Positions 1 through 9,957 of a DNA stretch of 20,538 nucleotides are shown here, in pieces. Source of the stretch: Candidatus Krumholzibacteriales bacterium (lineage in GTDB: Bacteria > Krumholzibacteriota > Krumholzibacteriia > Krumholzibacteriales > WJIX01); NCBI GenBank assembly GCA_046483305.1, contig JAWODM010000058.1, forward strand, positions 1 to 20,538, read 5' to 3'. Position numbers and translations under genes: made by a program. Numbering within the stretch: the first letter of the stretch is position 1; the number at the start of each line of letters is the position of its first letter. The notes beneath the pieces were generated by a model that searched no databases, was not told where the DNA came from, and saw nothing but the letters and a program-made list of their open reading frames with translations.

Positions 1-176
1 GAGGCCAGGGGCGAGGATTCCGACAGGTTCTTTTTCATGGCCGGACTTCGTTTTGCCTTTTAGTCCGCGCTGGCGCCGGGCATCACCGCATTGGCCGGGC
101 TGTCGAATCGATCGTCGACCGTGATCATTGACCGACCGGCTCGACCAAGTCGGCGCTGTCGGAAACAGAGAGAAGA

Positions 177-2165
177 GTGGTGGTGGATACCCTTCATGGT
201 ATCGAAATCGAGGATCCTTACAGGTGGCTGGAGGATCAGGAAAGCGAGCAGACCAGAGACTGGATCGGGAGGCAGAATGAGTATACTCACTCATTTCTGG
301 ATAAGGTTAAGGGGCGTGAAAAGATAAAAGAGCGCCTGGTCGAGCTCATGAAGATCGACAGGATAGGCATTCCCACGGAGCGAGAAGGCAGGTATTTCAT
401 AACCAAGAGGTCTGCCGATCAGCAGCAGTTCGTAATATACATGAGAGAAGGACTGAATGGAGAGGACAGGGTTCTGGTGGATCCTCACCCCATGAGCCCG
501 GATCACACCACCAGTGTCAATATAATGGATATATCCAGAGACGGATCCCTGCTTGCATATGGAATCAGGGAGGGAGGAGCGGACGAAGTCACAGTCAGGT
601 TCCTTGACGTGGACAGGATGGAAAAACTGCCCGATATGCTGGAGAGCGGCCTGTACTTCGGGTTATCGATTACTGATGACAGGGACGGATTTTATTATTC
701 CAGGCACAACCCCATGACCGGGTCCAGAGTGTTTTATCATGAGATGGGGACCGATCCTTCAGAAGACAGGGAGATTTTCGGGGAAGGATTCGGGCCGCAG
801 AGCGGAATAGGCGCCGGGATAACCGAAGACGGGCGTTATCTGGCAATCGTGGTTTTCCATGGATCAGCCGGCCAGAAGTCAGAGATTTATTATAAGGACC
901 TTGAAGAGGACGGGCCCATTGTTCCCCTGGTGAACGATATAGACGCGAGGTTTACTCCTCACTACGCTGAAGGAAAAGTATTTCTGGAAACTAACTGGAA
1001 GGCTCCGCGCGGCCGGATCCTGGTTCTGGATATGGACCACCCGGAAAGGGAAAACTGGAAAGAAATCATACCCGAGAGTGACAACGTAATCAGGGGGGTT
1101 TCACTGGCGGGCGGTTACCTGTTCGTTAACTATATGGAAGACGTGGTTTCCAGGATAAAGGTCTATCAGCCGGACGGAGATTTTGAGAGGGAGATTTCCT
1201 TCTCCACACTCGGAACCGTGAGCGGAATGATAGGCCGCTGGGGAAGAAACGAAGCCTTCTTCGTCTTTTCGTCCTTTCACGTTCCCACCAGGATATACCG
1301 CTACGATATAAGAAGGGACGAGAAGAAAATATGGGAGAAACTCAATGTTCCGGTGGATACCGATCAGATTGAGGTTAAACAGGTATGGTATGAATCGAGT
1401 GACGGCACCGAAATCCCCATGTTCCTTGTTCACAGAAAGGGGCTGGAGCTGGATGGAAACAACCCAACCCTTCTTACCGGATATGGCGGTTTCAATGTGA
1501 GCCTGACCCCCGGCTTCAGGTCGACCGGAGTTCTCTGGACTGAGCGCGGCGGTGTTTATGCCATACCAAATCTGCGCGGAGGGGGAGAGTTCGGCGAAGA
1601 GTGGCATAAGGCCGGTATGAAGGACAAGAAACAGAACGTTTTCGATGATTTTATAGCAGCCGCCGAATACCTTATTGATAAAGGATACACTTCTTCTTCC
1701 AAACTGGCTATCAGGGGAGGAAGCAACGGAGGGCTTCTGGTTGGAGCGGCCCTGGTTCAGAGGCCCGAGCTTTACCAGGCAGTGGTATGCACCTATCCGC
1801 TTCTGGATATGCTCCGTTTCCACCAGTTTCTGCTCGGAAAATTCTGGGTGTCGGAATACGGAAGCGCTGAAGACAGGGAACAGTTTGAATTCCTCTACGA
1901 ATATTCGCCCTACCATAATGTAGAAAAGGGGGAGGAATATCCCTCAACTCTATTCATTACGGGCGATTCGGATACCAGGGTGGCGCCTCTTCACGCCAGG
2001 AAGATGACGGCGATGCTGCAGTGGGCCAACAGTTCGGATAATCCGATCCTGATGCTCTATGACACCAAAGCGGGCCATTCCGGCGGAAAACCTGTGGATA
2101 AACAGATAGAGGATACGGCGGACGAGATAATGTATCTGATCTGGCAGCTTGGGATGAATAAATAA
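177..2165 (+). CDS. Prolyl oligopeptidase (peptidase S9A), possibly 5'-truncated
   Basis: N-terminal DPYRWLED, GYGGF, NLRGGGEFG, nucleophile motif GGSNGG, catalytic Asp in DTRV and His in AGH. In-frame TGA at 129-131 upstream; no signal peptide or SD seen. Confidence 0.95.
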   Translation: MVVDTLHGIEIEDPYRWLEDQESEQTRDWIGRQNEYTHSFLDKVKGREKIKERLVELMKIDRIGIPTEREGRYFITKRSADQQQFVIYMREGLNGEDRVLVDPHPMSPDHTTSVNIMDISRDGSLLAYGIREGGADEVTVRFLDVDRMEKLPDMLESGLYFGLSITDDRDGFYYSRHNPMTGSRVFYHEMGTDPSEDREIFGEGFGPQSGIGAGITEDGRYLAIVVFHGSAGQKSEIYYKDLEEDGPIVPLVNDIDARFTPHYAEGKVFLETNWKAPRGRILVLDMDHPERENWKEIIPESDNVIRGVSLAGGYLFVNYMEDVVSRIKVYQPDGDFEREISFSTLGTVSGMIGRWGRNEAFFVFSSFHVPTRIYRYDIRRDEKKIWEKLNVPVDTDQIEVKQVWYESSDGTEIPMFLVHRKGLELDGNNPTLLTGYGGFNVSLTPGFRSTGVLWTERGGVYAIPNLRGGGEFGEEWHKAGMKDKKQNVFDDFIAAAEYLIDKGYTSSSKLAIRGGSNGGLLVGAALVQRPELYQAVVCTYPLLDMLRFHQFLLGKFWVSEYGSAEDREQFEFLYEYSPYHNVEKGEEYPSTLFITGDSDTRVAPLHARKMTAMLQWANSSDNPILMLYDTKAGHSGGKPVDKQIEDTADEIMYLIWQLGMNK

Positions 2166-2209
2166 CCGGGCGCCGGTTCTGGTTTGTGGATTTTTCGGCG
2201 GCAACCCGG

Positions 2210-3442
2210 TCATTCCCGGTTGCCGCCGATTATATTATTCAGGGTTTCCAGCTCCTGCCGGATTCTCTCTTCCCAGTCCAGGAAGTACTTCCTGCTGAAG
2301 CGGGAGGCATTTCCGGAGATTTTCTCTCTGAGAGAACTGTCTTTTACCAGGAGGCCTATTCTACGGGCCAGTTCATCAATATTCCCGTTTTCCGCGAGAA
2401 GCCCCGTTTCTCCATCCCTTACCACCTCTGCAGTCCCGGCGACATCGTAAGCCACTACCGGAAGCCCGCAGAGCAGCGCCTCACATGGCGGCATGGTCAT
2501 ATTTGAGAGCTGGTTGGTCCCCACGAATATATCACATGATTTAAATATATCCGGAACATCTTCGTACGGAATGGAACCGGTGAAGATGGTCTTTCCTTCC
2601 AGCCCGCAGGATCTGCTCAATCTATGCAGGTATTTTCTGCGGGGGCCGTCTCCGGCGATGACCAGGGAAATCATCTCCAGAGCTTCCCGGTCCAGTTGCG
2701 ACACAGCCCTGATAAGGTGATCAATCCTCTTGGATTTAACGAACCTGGAGAGGGTGATAATCAGCACCCTGTCCCGGGGGAGCCCGAAAGATTTCCTGGT
2801 CTTGATTCTGTCCACTTCCCTTTCCGCCCATTCCAGATTCATGCCGTTCTGTAGAAATGTGATCCTGCTTTCAGGGATCTCTCTGGCCATCAGTGCTTTT
2901 TTCCCCATGGTTCCGTCGTTCAGTACCAGGTAATGGTCCACCGGGAAACGGAGTGAGTTTATCTGGTCGAAATTGTGATAATAGTAATCAAATATATTCT
3001 CATCCTCTCTTCCAAGATGCATCACCCCGAAAAGCTTCACCGCGGTGGGGATATTAAGTTCCCTTCCAACTTTGCTGACCGGCTGAATGGAATGATGAGA
3101 GAAGCCCAGGATAATATCGGGCTTGATCTCTTCGGCTATACCGCGAATCCTGTTATACAGGAGGCCGGGAAGGACAAAACAGAGAACCAGCCTGGACAGG
3201 GGCCCCGGCAGGGCGCTGAGCTTCCTGAATATATTGGGGTAGTTGTATTCATGAATATTATCCAGGTCGTTTCCAGGCCTTGATTCCGCAGGCCTGGGCC
3301 TCATGTAGTGGATTTCAATACCGTTTTCCGCCAGCCCCCGCATAAACAGGAGTTCATCGGGAACCCCGCACCCGTCTTCCAGAGCCCAGATATCCTCCCA
3401 GACAGAGAGTATCAGGATCTTATTCAGCTTTTTGCCATTCAT
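2210..3442 (-). CDS. Glycosyltransferase family 4 (GT-B fold)
   Basis: C-terminal motifs SRFVKSKR, IAGDGP, EALLCGLPVVA and EVVRDGETGLL, typical of Glycos_transf_1. Confidence 0.9.
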   Translation of the reverse strand: MNGKKLNKILILSVWEDIWALEDGCGVPDELLFMRGLAENGIEIHYMRPRPAESRPGNDLDNIHEYNYPNIFRKLSALPGPLSRLVLCFVLPGLLYNRIRGIAEEIKPDIILGFSHHSIQPVSKVGRELNIPTAVKLFGVMHLGREDENIFDYYYHNFDQINSLRFPVDHYLVLNDGTMGKKALMAREIPESRITFLQNGMNLEWAEREVDRIKTRKSFGLPRDRVLIITLSRFVKSKRIDHLIRAVSQLDREALEMISLVIAGDGPRRKYLHRLSRSCGLEGKTIFTGSIPYEDVPDIFKSCDIFVGTNQLSNMTMPPCEALLCGLPVVAYDVAGTAEVVRDGETGLLAENGNIDELARRIGLLVKDSSLREKISGNASRFSRKYFLDWEERIRQELETLNNIIGGNRE

Positions 3443-3458
3443 TCAAGCCGCGCTCATA

Positions 3459-5303
3459 TTAATTAACATCTCTCATTCTTTCCGCCAGCTGCTCGTGGTT
3501 CACGAATCCTGTCACCCGCGCTTTCCTGACCAACAACCCCTTACTGTTATAGAAAACTATAGTGGGCACCCCCCTGATGTTAAACTCCCTTTTTATCCTG
3601 TCAGCCCTGCCGCCGGGAGTGGTCAGATCGACTTTCATCGTCACAAATTTCCTGGAAAGTCTGATTATCTCGCTGTGGGAGAAAGTCTCCCGTTCGAGCT
3701 CATGGCAGGGGATACACCAGTCAGCCGAGAATTCGATCAGTACCGGTTTTCCTTCGTCAATTGCGTCGGCGAGCCTCTCTCTGGAGAAGGGCACCCATTC
3801 AATGCCTCCGGACGTTTCCGGCGAATCGAACAGCAAACCCGGGGCGGTCAGCAGGATTATAGCTCCTATGATAAATGCGGCTCCCACTGCTTTCTTGATA
3901 ATTCCAAATACCCTTTCTCCCTTTCCGCCCTTTTCCATCCAGCCCAGGTGAATCCCCGCGGCGAGAGCGGTCAGCCCGTAGAGCACCGGAGTTATTTTGC
4001 TTCCCAGTGTATACCTCAGGAAATAGACCGCCATCAGAATGAGGATGTACCCGAAGATCTTCTTCACCCAGTCCAGCCATTTACCGGATTTGGGAAGGCG
4101 GGATATACTCCCGGAAACTGTGCCCAGAAGAATAAAGGGTGTCCCCATCCCCAAACCCAGTGTGAAGAACATCAGGAATCCGAGCAGGGGATTTCCAATT
4201 TTGCCAACATATATGAGCAGCCCCAGGATAAAGGGCCCTATACAGGGAGCGGCCACGATACCTACGGTGAGCCCCATGAACAGGGCCCCGAAAGAGCCAT
4301 GGCGCGCCGAACCGGTCTTTCGGGTAATGAACATGGGGAGCCTGATCTCCCAGAGGCCGAACATTGACAGGGACAGTACCACCAGCACGGCGGCCACGAA
4401 CCCGGTGCCCCATATGCTCTGCATGGCGGTACCCAGGATATTCTCGGTAGTTGCGGCAATGAGGCCCAGGATGCTGTATGTTATGGATATGCCAAGAACA
4501 TAAAGCAGTGAAAGGAAGAATACCCGGGAGGTCCTGCCTTCCGCCTGCCCCCCGAAAAAGCTTACCGTAATAGGTATAAGAGGGTATATACAGGGTGTCA
4601 GATTAAGGGCCAGCCCGCCCAGGAATATGAATATAAATGAAAGAAGCATTCCCCTTTCCTCTATTATATCCTGTATTGCCCCTTTTTCTTCAACCGGTTC
4701 CGGAATATTATCCGCTGAAATCTCAGCATCCTTATCCTGATCAGTCTGGAAAAGGGGATTGGAGAATATCTTCTGGTTGACCGCCCTGCTTTCACTGTCC
4801 TTTCCGGCGATGGAAATTTCGATTCTGGAAACCGATTCGGCCGGGGGAAGGCAGCTGTGGTCATTACATCCCTGGTATTCAAGGGTGGCGGTTATTGACG
4901 CCGGACCGGGTTCGAAGTCTTCGCTGATTATGAGAATCGCGCCGAAAACGACCTTTCCCCGGTAGAGCGGCAGAGGGGAGTCACTTATCGCAATGGACCT
5001 CTCCTCAGGTTCAGGAAACAGGATTTTTTCTGTTTCGATACCTTCAGGGGCTGATATTTTCAGCCGGGTAGGTATCATGAACTCATCGGGAGGGGATGAA
5101 GAATTAATGTGCCATCCTTCTTCTATGTTTGCTATTACTGCCAGCTGAACAACAGAGCCGGGATGGCAGGTGTCCCGCGAAAGGTAGGCTTCTATCGATA
5201 CCGTTGACCGGGGGGTTCCGAAGATCCCCTGGCTTTGAGCGGGATTTCCGGCAAGTAAAAGAATTATCAGGGTGCCCAGGCAATAAGATGTGATTCTATT
5301 CAT
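3459..5303 (-). CDS. dsbD: Thiol:disulfide interchange protein DsbD (N-terminal domain, transmembrane domain, thioredoxin domain)
   Basis: Signal peptide; GCNDHSCLPP in the N-terminal domain; transmembrane cysteines in LTPCIYP and APCIGP; thioredoxin motif ADWCIPC and GVPT. Confidence 0.92.
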   Translation of the reverse strand: MNRITSYCLGTLIILLLAGNPAQSQGIFGTPRSTVSIEAYLSRDTCHPGSVVQLAVIANIEEGWHINSSSPPDEFMIPTRLKISAPEGIETEKILFPEPEERSIAISDSPLPLYRGKVVFGAILIISEDFEPGPASITATLEYQGCNDHSCLPPAESVSRIEISIAGKDSESRAVNQKIFSNPLFQTDQDKDAEISADNIPEPVEEKGAIQDIIEERGMLLSFIFIFLGGLALNLTPCIYPLIPITVSFFGGQAEGRTSRVFFLSLLYVLGISITYSILGLIAATTENILGTAMQSIWGTGFVAAVLVVLSLSMFGLWEIRLPMFITRKTGSARHGSFGALFMGLTVGIVAAPCIGPFILGLLIYVGKIGNPLLGFLMFFTLGLGMGTPFILLGTVSGSISRLPKSGKWLDWVKKIFGYILILMAVYFLRYTLGSKITPVLYGLTALAAGIHLGWMEKGGKGERVFGIIKKAVGAAFIIGAIILLTAPGLLFDSPETSGGIEWVPFSRERLADAIDEGKPVLIEFSADWCIPCHELERETFSHSEIIRLSRKFVTMKVDLTTPGGRADRIKREFNIRGVPTIVFYNSKGLLVRKARVTGFVNHEQLAERMRDVN

Positions 5304-5364
5304 AAGTCATCCGGCCCTTTCAGTTATCGCTGTTTGATTTTATGACACATCAGCCATTAAATTC

Positions 5365-5380
5365 TGTATTATATAATACA
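5365..5380. promoter_or_regulatory. Perfect 16-bp palindrome TGTATTATATAATACA in the divergent dsbD / phosphatase intergenic region; candidate operator
   Basis: Exact inverted repeat containing TATAAT on both strands, about 60 nt upstream of the dsbD start. Confidence 0.45.
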
Positions 5381-5544
5381 TGCCGGTCCTGAAACAGCGA
5401 ATCTGTCCCGTCAAAGGCTTATATGATTGCGCAATCAATTTCTGATACACATATTTTAGTATTGTTATAGATTAATCAAAAGTTCCAGCGAAAACAAGCT
5501 GTTAAAAGAGAGTTGAAGTCAGAGGGCGAAAAGGTGGAGAAATA

Positions 5545-6204
5545 ATGGCAAAAATAGCACCCAGGTTATATCTGGTACGTCACGGAGAGTCGGAATGGAA
5601 TACCGAGAGAAGGATTCAGGATAATCACAGCGGTAACGGATTGAGCGAAGTGGGCAGAAGGCAGGCGCAGTGTCTGGGAGCGCGGTTGAGAGAGCAGGAG
5701 TTCGATACAGTTTACTGCAGTGATGTTCAGAGAGCGGTGGAAACGGCGGAAATCGCCCTGGGCCGGGTGGACAATATACAGTTTCTGGATACCCTGAGGG
5801 AGATCTCATTCGGAGGCTGGGGGGGCAAGCAGGTAGAGCAGATTGTGAAGGAGTATCCGGGAATGATGGAAAAATGGTTTAACAAACCTACTTCTGTTTC
5901 CATTGATGGCGGAGAGGACATGGCCGATTTCAGAAAAAGGGTAGTAAAAACCTTTAACGAAATTACAGGCCGGATTGACTCGGAAAACGTTCTGGTAATA
6001 ACTCACGGCGGGGTTATCTGCAGCTATCTTACCTATATTCTGGGGATGGACCTGGACGACTTATGGAGCTTTTCCCTGCCCAATGCTTCCCTTACCATAA
6101 TATCAATGGAATACAGGCCCAGGCTGAGGCTGTTTGGGGACACCTCTCATCTGGATGGAAAGAGCCTCGGTTTTGACGGGATGCCTTCAGTATATGACCG
6201 TTAG
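5545..6204 (+). CDS. Histidine phosphatase (phosphoglycerate mutase / CobC-like family)
   Basis: LVRHGESEWN, SDVQRAVET, LREISFG and ITHGG motifs; GGAG SD upstream. Confidence 0.9.
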   Translation: MAKIAPRLYLVRHGESEWNTERRIQDNHSGNGLSEVGRRQAQCLGARLREQEFDTVYCSDVQRAVETAEIALGRVDNIQFLDTLREISFGGWGGKQVEQIVKEYPGMMEKWFNKPTSVSIDGGEDMADFRKRVVKTFNEITGRIDSENVLVITHGGVICSYLTYILGMDLDDLWSFSLPNASLTIISMEYRPRLRLFGDTSHLDGKSLGFDGMPSVYDR

Positions 6205-6216
6205 AATTAATTTTAA

Positions 6217-7266
6217 CTACTTTGGCGGTTTTTGAGAGGGCAGGGGGATACCGGAATCTTCCCAGACAGATTCCGGCTCCATGCACAATTCAACAGGAGA
6301 GCCGGGGAAATTCGTTTTTATCATATCAGATAATTCCCGGTATATTCTGAGCCGGCCGGGGCGGTAATATTTGATCTTGCCGTCGTCAGCGAGGGTAAAT
6401 TCTCCCTTCAGAACTGGACTTCCCGGGTATTTTATTCTTATGTGTTCCCACAGCCCGGGGGGGAATCTCATAACTCCCAGTTCAAAGCGGTATATGCTGC
6501 CTCCGGAGGCTGTCAGGATATCGCCAATGAGTTCGCCGTAGAGGCGGGGTGAATAGAAACGGGGTATTACCGGATCAAACCTTACCGCGGTCTTTATTCC
6601 GGCCCTTGAAACTGTTTTCAGCGCTTCCAGTCTCTCTTCGATGGAGGCGCAGCCGGGCTCTGCCGCCCTGGCGGCGGCTTCCGGGGACATGGTCCAGGTA
6701 ATCAGGAGGTTTTCCAGGTCCTGTGGAGAACAGCCGGCGCCGCTTTCATCGAGAAGGTGCCGCACATTGGAGCTCTTAGTTCTTGCTTCGAAAAGTGTGC
6801 CGGTACCTGCAAAGAGGGGAAGAAGCCCGGCGGTTGTGCCTGTTATGTGATCCAGGGCCAGGCTGTCGCCCATTTCTCCGCTTGTTATCCTCTCCGGCGA
6901 ATCGCCGGAGATAACCTCCCGGAGTTCACTTTTCATCTGGCCGGTATTGGTGAATACCACCATCCGGCAGTGGTCCAGGTATACCTGCAGGTAGCAATAC
7001 CTGCACTGGAAAGGGCAGTTCAGCATGGTTATAATATATTTCTCTCCGGATGAGGGAGTGGAGGAAGAGACCGGGAAATCCTTTATGAATCTGCCCCTGT
7101 TTCTCTTCAGGTATAGAATCCCGGAATAATCATCCGACTGATGATCCATTATATCATCAACAACCGATACGGCCGCTTCGGGAATTCCTGATATTATTCC
7201 GCGGGCCGCCGGGTCAGCTTCCGCTTCTCTTTCTATTACCAGTCTTCTGATAGAGATTTTCATCAT
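6217..7266 (-). CDS. Spore photoproduct lyase-like radical SAM protein (SplB family)
   Basis: CxxxCxxC motif NCPFQCRYCYLQ, RTKS, RFDPVI, DGKIKYY and C-terminal LCME, all typical of SPL-family proteins. Confidence 0.8.
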   Translation of the reverse strand: MMKISIRRLVIEREAEADPAARGIISGIPEAAVSVVDDIMDHQSDDYSGILYLKRNRGRFIKDFPVSSSTPSSGEKYIITMLNCPFQCRYCYLQVYLDHCRMVVFTNTGQMKSELREVISGDSPERITSGEMGDSLALDHITGTTAGLLPLFAGTGTLFEARTKSSNVRHLLDESGAGCSPQDLENLLITWTMSPEAAARAAEPGCASIEERLEALKTVSRAGIKTAVRFDPVIPRFYSPRLYGELIGDILTASGGSIYRFELGVMRFPPGLWEHIRIKYPGSPVLKGEFTLADDGKIKYYRPGRLRIYRELSDMIKTNFPGSPVELCMEPESVWEDSGIPLPSQKPPK

Positions 7267-7284
7267 ATAAATCCGGATAACCCT

Positions 7285-8013
7285 TTACCGGTAACGGATC
7301 CTGTTGAGCAGTGTAACCTTATCTCCGGCCATCGCCAGAGTCAGGCCTACTCCGGCCAGGAATCCCCCAATGTGCGCGAACCATGCCACTCCTCCGGTCT
7401 GAATTGTCCCCAGGGAGCCGAACCCGTTGATTAGCTGCAGGACGAACCAGAAAGCAATTATTATGTAGGCCGGCATGACAGTCAGCCTTATGAATATAAA
7501 CAGGAAAACCAGAGTAATTATCCTGGCGGTGGGAAATATCAGCAGGTATCCCGCCATCAGCCCCGCCACCGCTCCGCTTGCCCCTATGGTCGGGATGACA
7601 GAAGAGGGATCCGAAGCTATATGCATGGCGTGGGCGGTAAGGCCGCAAAGGAAATAGAAGAGAAGAAACTTGCCCGGTCCCAGTATATCTTCCACATTGT
7701 TCCCGAATATCCAGAGGTAGAGCATATTCGACCCTACGTGAAGAATGCTGCCGTGCATGAACATCGATGTGAAAAGGGTGAGGAATATCGGGCTGGGCCC
7801 CTGTGTATGAATGAAGTTGTATCCGGTTCTTCCCACTAAATCAGTCATCCGGGTTATCTCCGCCGGGGTCGCTCCCAGTGAGGTTATCAGAGCGGAATTG
7901 GCGCTCCCCAGAGAGAGCTGATAGATAAAAACCAGTACATTAACCGCTATCAGGGAAATTGAGATAAACGGTGTCCTGTTGGTGGGGTTCATATCTTTCA
8001 GGGGAAGGAACAT
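7285..8013 (-). CDS. Rhomboid family intramembrane serine protease
   Basis: SMFMHGSILHVGSNMLYLWIFG, catalytic GASG and AWFAHIGG; AGGAG SD upstream. Confidence 0.93.
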   Translation of the reverse strand: MFLPLKDMNPTNRTPFISISLIAVNVLVFIYQLSLGSANSALITSLGATPAEITRMTDLVGRTGYNFIHTQGPSPIFLTLFTSMFMHGSILHVGSNMLYLWIFGNNVEDILGPGKFLLFYFLCGLTAHAMHIASDPSSVIPTIGASGAVAGLMAGYLLIFPTARIITLVFLFIFIRLTVMPAYIIIAFWFVLQLINGFGSLGTIQTGGVAWFAHIGGFLAGVGLTLAMAGDKVTLLNRIRYR

Positions 8014-8241
8014 AAAACTCCTTTGCGCCGGAGAGTGTCCGGGTTCTTTCGATCAGGTTGCTCCTTTTATAATATAATCCGAACAACCCTTTTTTCCAGA
8101 AGAACTTTTCCGGATAACCGGCTTTGTCCCCCTTTGGGCGGTAGATTAATGTACTTGTAATTAATTCGGATAATAAATTAATATTGTTTACTGATGCCGA
8201 GAAGTTATTTCCGTATTCATAACAATATGGGGAGGGCGTGA

Positions 8242-8913
8242 ATGAGTATCAAGAAGCGATATTTAATAGATAAAATAAGTATTAATGAGTCCTGGCGCCT
8301 TTTCAGGATTCTGGCTGAGTTCGTTGAAGGTTTCGAAGAGATGATGGATGTACAGCCGGGGGTTACCTTCTTCGGGTCAGCCCGCGCCAGGGAGGATGAT
8401 GAAATATATATCAGGGCCCGCCACATGGCCAGAGAACTTGCAAAGAATAAATGCCCTATTATAACAGGGGGAGGACCGGGTATTATGGAGGCAGCCAACC
8501 GGGGCGCCCAGGAGGGCAAAGGCCTTTCTATCGGGCTGAACATACAGCTTCCTTTTGAGCAGGAGCCCAATGATTATATAGACCGGCTGATTTCCTTCAG
8601 GTACTTCTTTGTCCGCAAGGTTATATTTATAAAATACTCGATGGCTTTTGTTATTTTTCCGGGCGGGTTCGGAACCATGGACGAGCTTTTCGAGGCGATG
8701 ACCCTCATCCAGACCAAGAAGATCGAGCCTTTCCCGGTTTTCCTGGTTGGAAAGAAATACTGGGCGGGACTTCTGGAGTGGATAGAGGAAAAGATGCTCG
8801 GGAAGGGCAGGATACTTCCGGAGGATCTGAATATTTATCTGATGGCTGAATCAGACGAAGAGGTGGTGGAGAAGATAGTGGAGATGAGAAGGGATATGGG
8901 GCTTACCGAGTAG
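8242..8913 (+). CDS. LOG family / TIGR00730-type nucleotide phosphoribohydrolase
   Basis: FFGSAR, TGGGPGIMEAANRGA, YFFVRKV and PGGFGTMDE motifs; GGGAGG SD. Confidence 0.92.
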   Translation: MSIKKRYLIDKISINESWRLFRILAEFVEGFEEMMDVQPGVTFFGSARAREDDEIYIRARHMARELAKNKCPIITGGGPGIMEAANRGAQEGKGLSIGLNIQLPFEQEPNDYIDRLISFRYFFVRKVIFIKYSMAFVIFPGGFGTMDELFEAMTLIQTKKIEPFPVFLVGKKYWAGLLEWIEEKMLGKGRILPEDLNIYLMAESDEEVVEKIVEMRRDMGLTE

Positions 8914-8917
8914 CTCT

Positions 8918-9823
8918 TCAGGCGATTATCAGGTATGCAGCGGTAAGAATGATCCCGGTCAGAAGATGATTGATAACCGCAGAGCTGTTCGCCGGAGCGA
9001 GCTTGCGCGGATGGCCGTAATGCCTGCGCGCGGTGGCGATGCTCCTGATACCCAGTGGAAGAGTGATAAGAGCCAATAGCGTAAAGGAAGGAAGTTCGCC
9101 CAGTGCGGTTCCTGTTATCAGAGGCAGATAGGAGCAAAGAGTGAGAACCGCAAAAGGGACTACCGCGCCCTTCCTTCCCAGTCTCACCACCAGAGTGTTC
9201 TTGCCGGCGCTTTGATCGGCCCGGCTGTCCTGGAATTCATTTATCCATATGACCGCTGTAATAAGGAACATAACCGGCAGAGTGGCCAGAACGGCTGACA
9301 GGGTCATTTCCCCCGTCTGCACGAAGTAGGCTCCCGGTCCTATCAGGCCGAAACTTATCCCTATCACTATTTCGCCCAGCCCCCGGTGGGCGAGCCGAAG
9401 GGGGGGAGCTGTGTAAAAATAACCGCACACCGCCCCGATCAGGCCCAGAACAAGAATCCAGAACCCTCTGATGGCGGTAAGTATCAATCCCGCGACCAGA
9501 GCTGCGGCAAAGAAAGAGAGCGATGTCGCAAGGACTGTCCGGGGTTTAATCAGCCCCTCCTGAATCAGCCTGCTTCCTCCGGTAAAGGGCCTGACATATT
9601 CGACGTTAGCCGGGTCGTTTCCTGAGAGGTGGTCGAAGTAATCGTTCGCCGTGTTCGCTCCCAGGTGCAGGGCGACCGCGCCGGCCAGAGTGAGCAGGAA
9701 CAGCAGGGGGTTCCATTCTCCTGATTCATACCTGGCAACCGCGGTTCCCAGAAGAACCGGGGTTGCGCTTCCGGTAAGGAATTCCAGTCTCAGTTCTTTC
9801 AGCCATGTTTTAGGAGACGGCAT
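8918..9823 (-). CDS. menA: 1,4-dihydroxy-2-naphthoate polyprenyltransferase (UbiA superfamily); start re-assigned to the ATG at 9823 (MPSPKTW...)
   Basis: NTANDYFD, YTAPP, INEFQDSRAD..GKNTLVVRLG motifs and multiple TM helices. The 59-aa N-terminal extension in the ORF track overlaps the upstream gene and a sigma70-like promoter. Confidence 0.88.
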   Translation of the reverse strand: MPSPKTWLKELRLEFLTGSATPVLLGTAVARYESGEWNPLLFLLTLAGAVALHLGANTANDYFDHLSGNDPANVEYVRPFTGGSRLIQEGLIKPRTVLATSLSFFAAALVAGLILTAIRGFWILVLGLIGAVCGYFYTAPPLRLAHRGLGEIVIGISFGLIGPGAYFVQTGEMTLSAVLATLPVMFLITAVIWINEFQDSRADQSAGKNTLVVRLGRKGAVVPFAVLTLCSYLPLITGTALGELPSFTLLALITLPLGIRSIATARRHYGHPRKLAPANSSAVINHLLTGIILTAAYLIIA

Positions 9824-9863
9824 TTTTCTGCTTTCTGTTTTATCTGGAGCGGCTCGTTTACCT

Positions 9864-9892
9864 ATTATAATTGGTATCGGGCGGGCAGTCCA
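9864..9892 (-). promoter_or_regulatory. Sigma70-type promoter for menA
   Basis: Minus strand reads TGGACT-17 nt-TATAAT, ending 40 nt before the ATG at 9823. Confidence 0.6.
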
Positions 9893-9957
9893 GAAGTATG
9901 GATCCGGCTTTCGCCTGTTCACTTTTCCGGATTGGAGAGAATTATGGGGCGCCGGGT

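Noticed and set aside
2164..2178. AACCGG-GCG-CCGGTT hairpin between convergent genes as a terminator
   Set aside because: Short stem, 3-nt loop and no clean U-tract; too weak to call.
3432..4367. 311-aa plus-strand ORF, and similar antisense ORFs at 1101-1916, 12310-12894 and 19573-20352
   Set aside because: They lie almost entirely opposite well-supported genes and show no protein-family features.
7285..8013. Rhomboid, prolyl oligopeptidase, radical SAM protein or POT transporter as dedicated partners of the 25-aa peptide
   Set aside because: They are 3-9 kb away, in separate transcription units among housekeeping genes; nothing in the sequence links them to the peptide.
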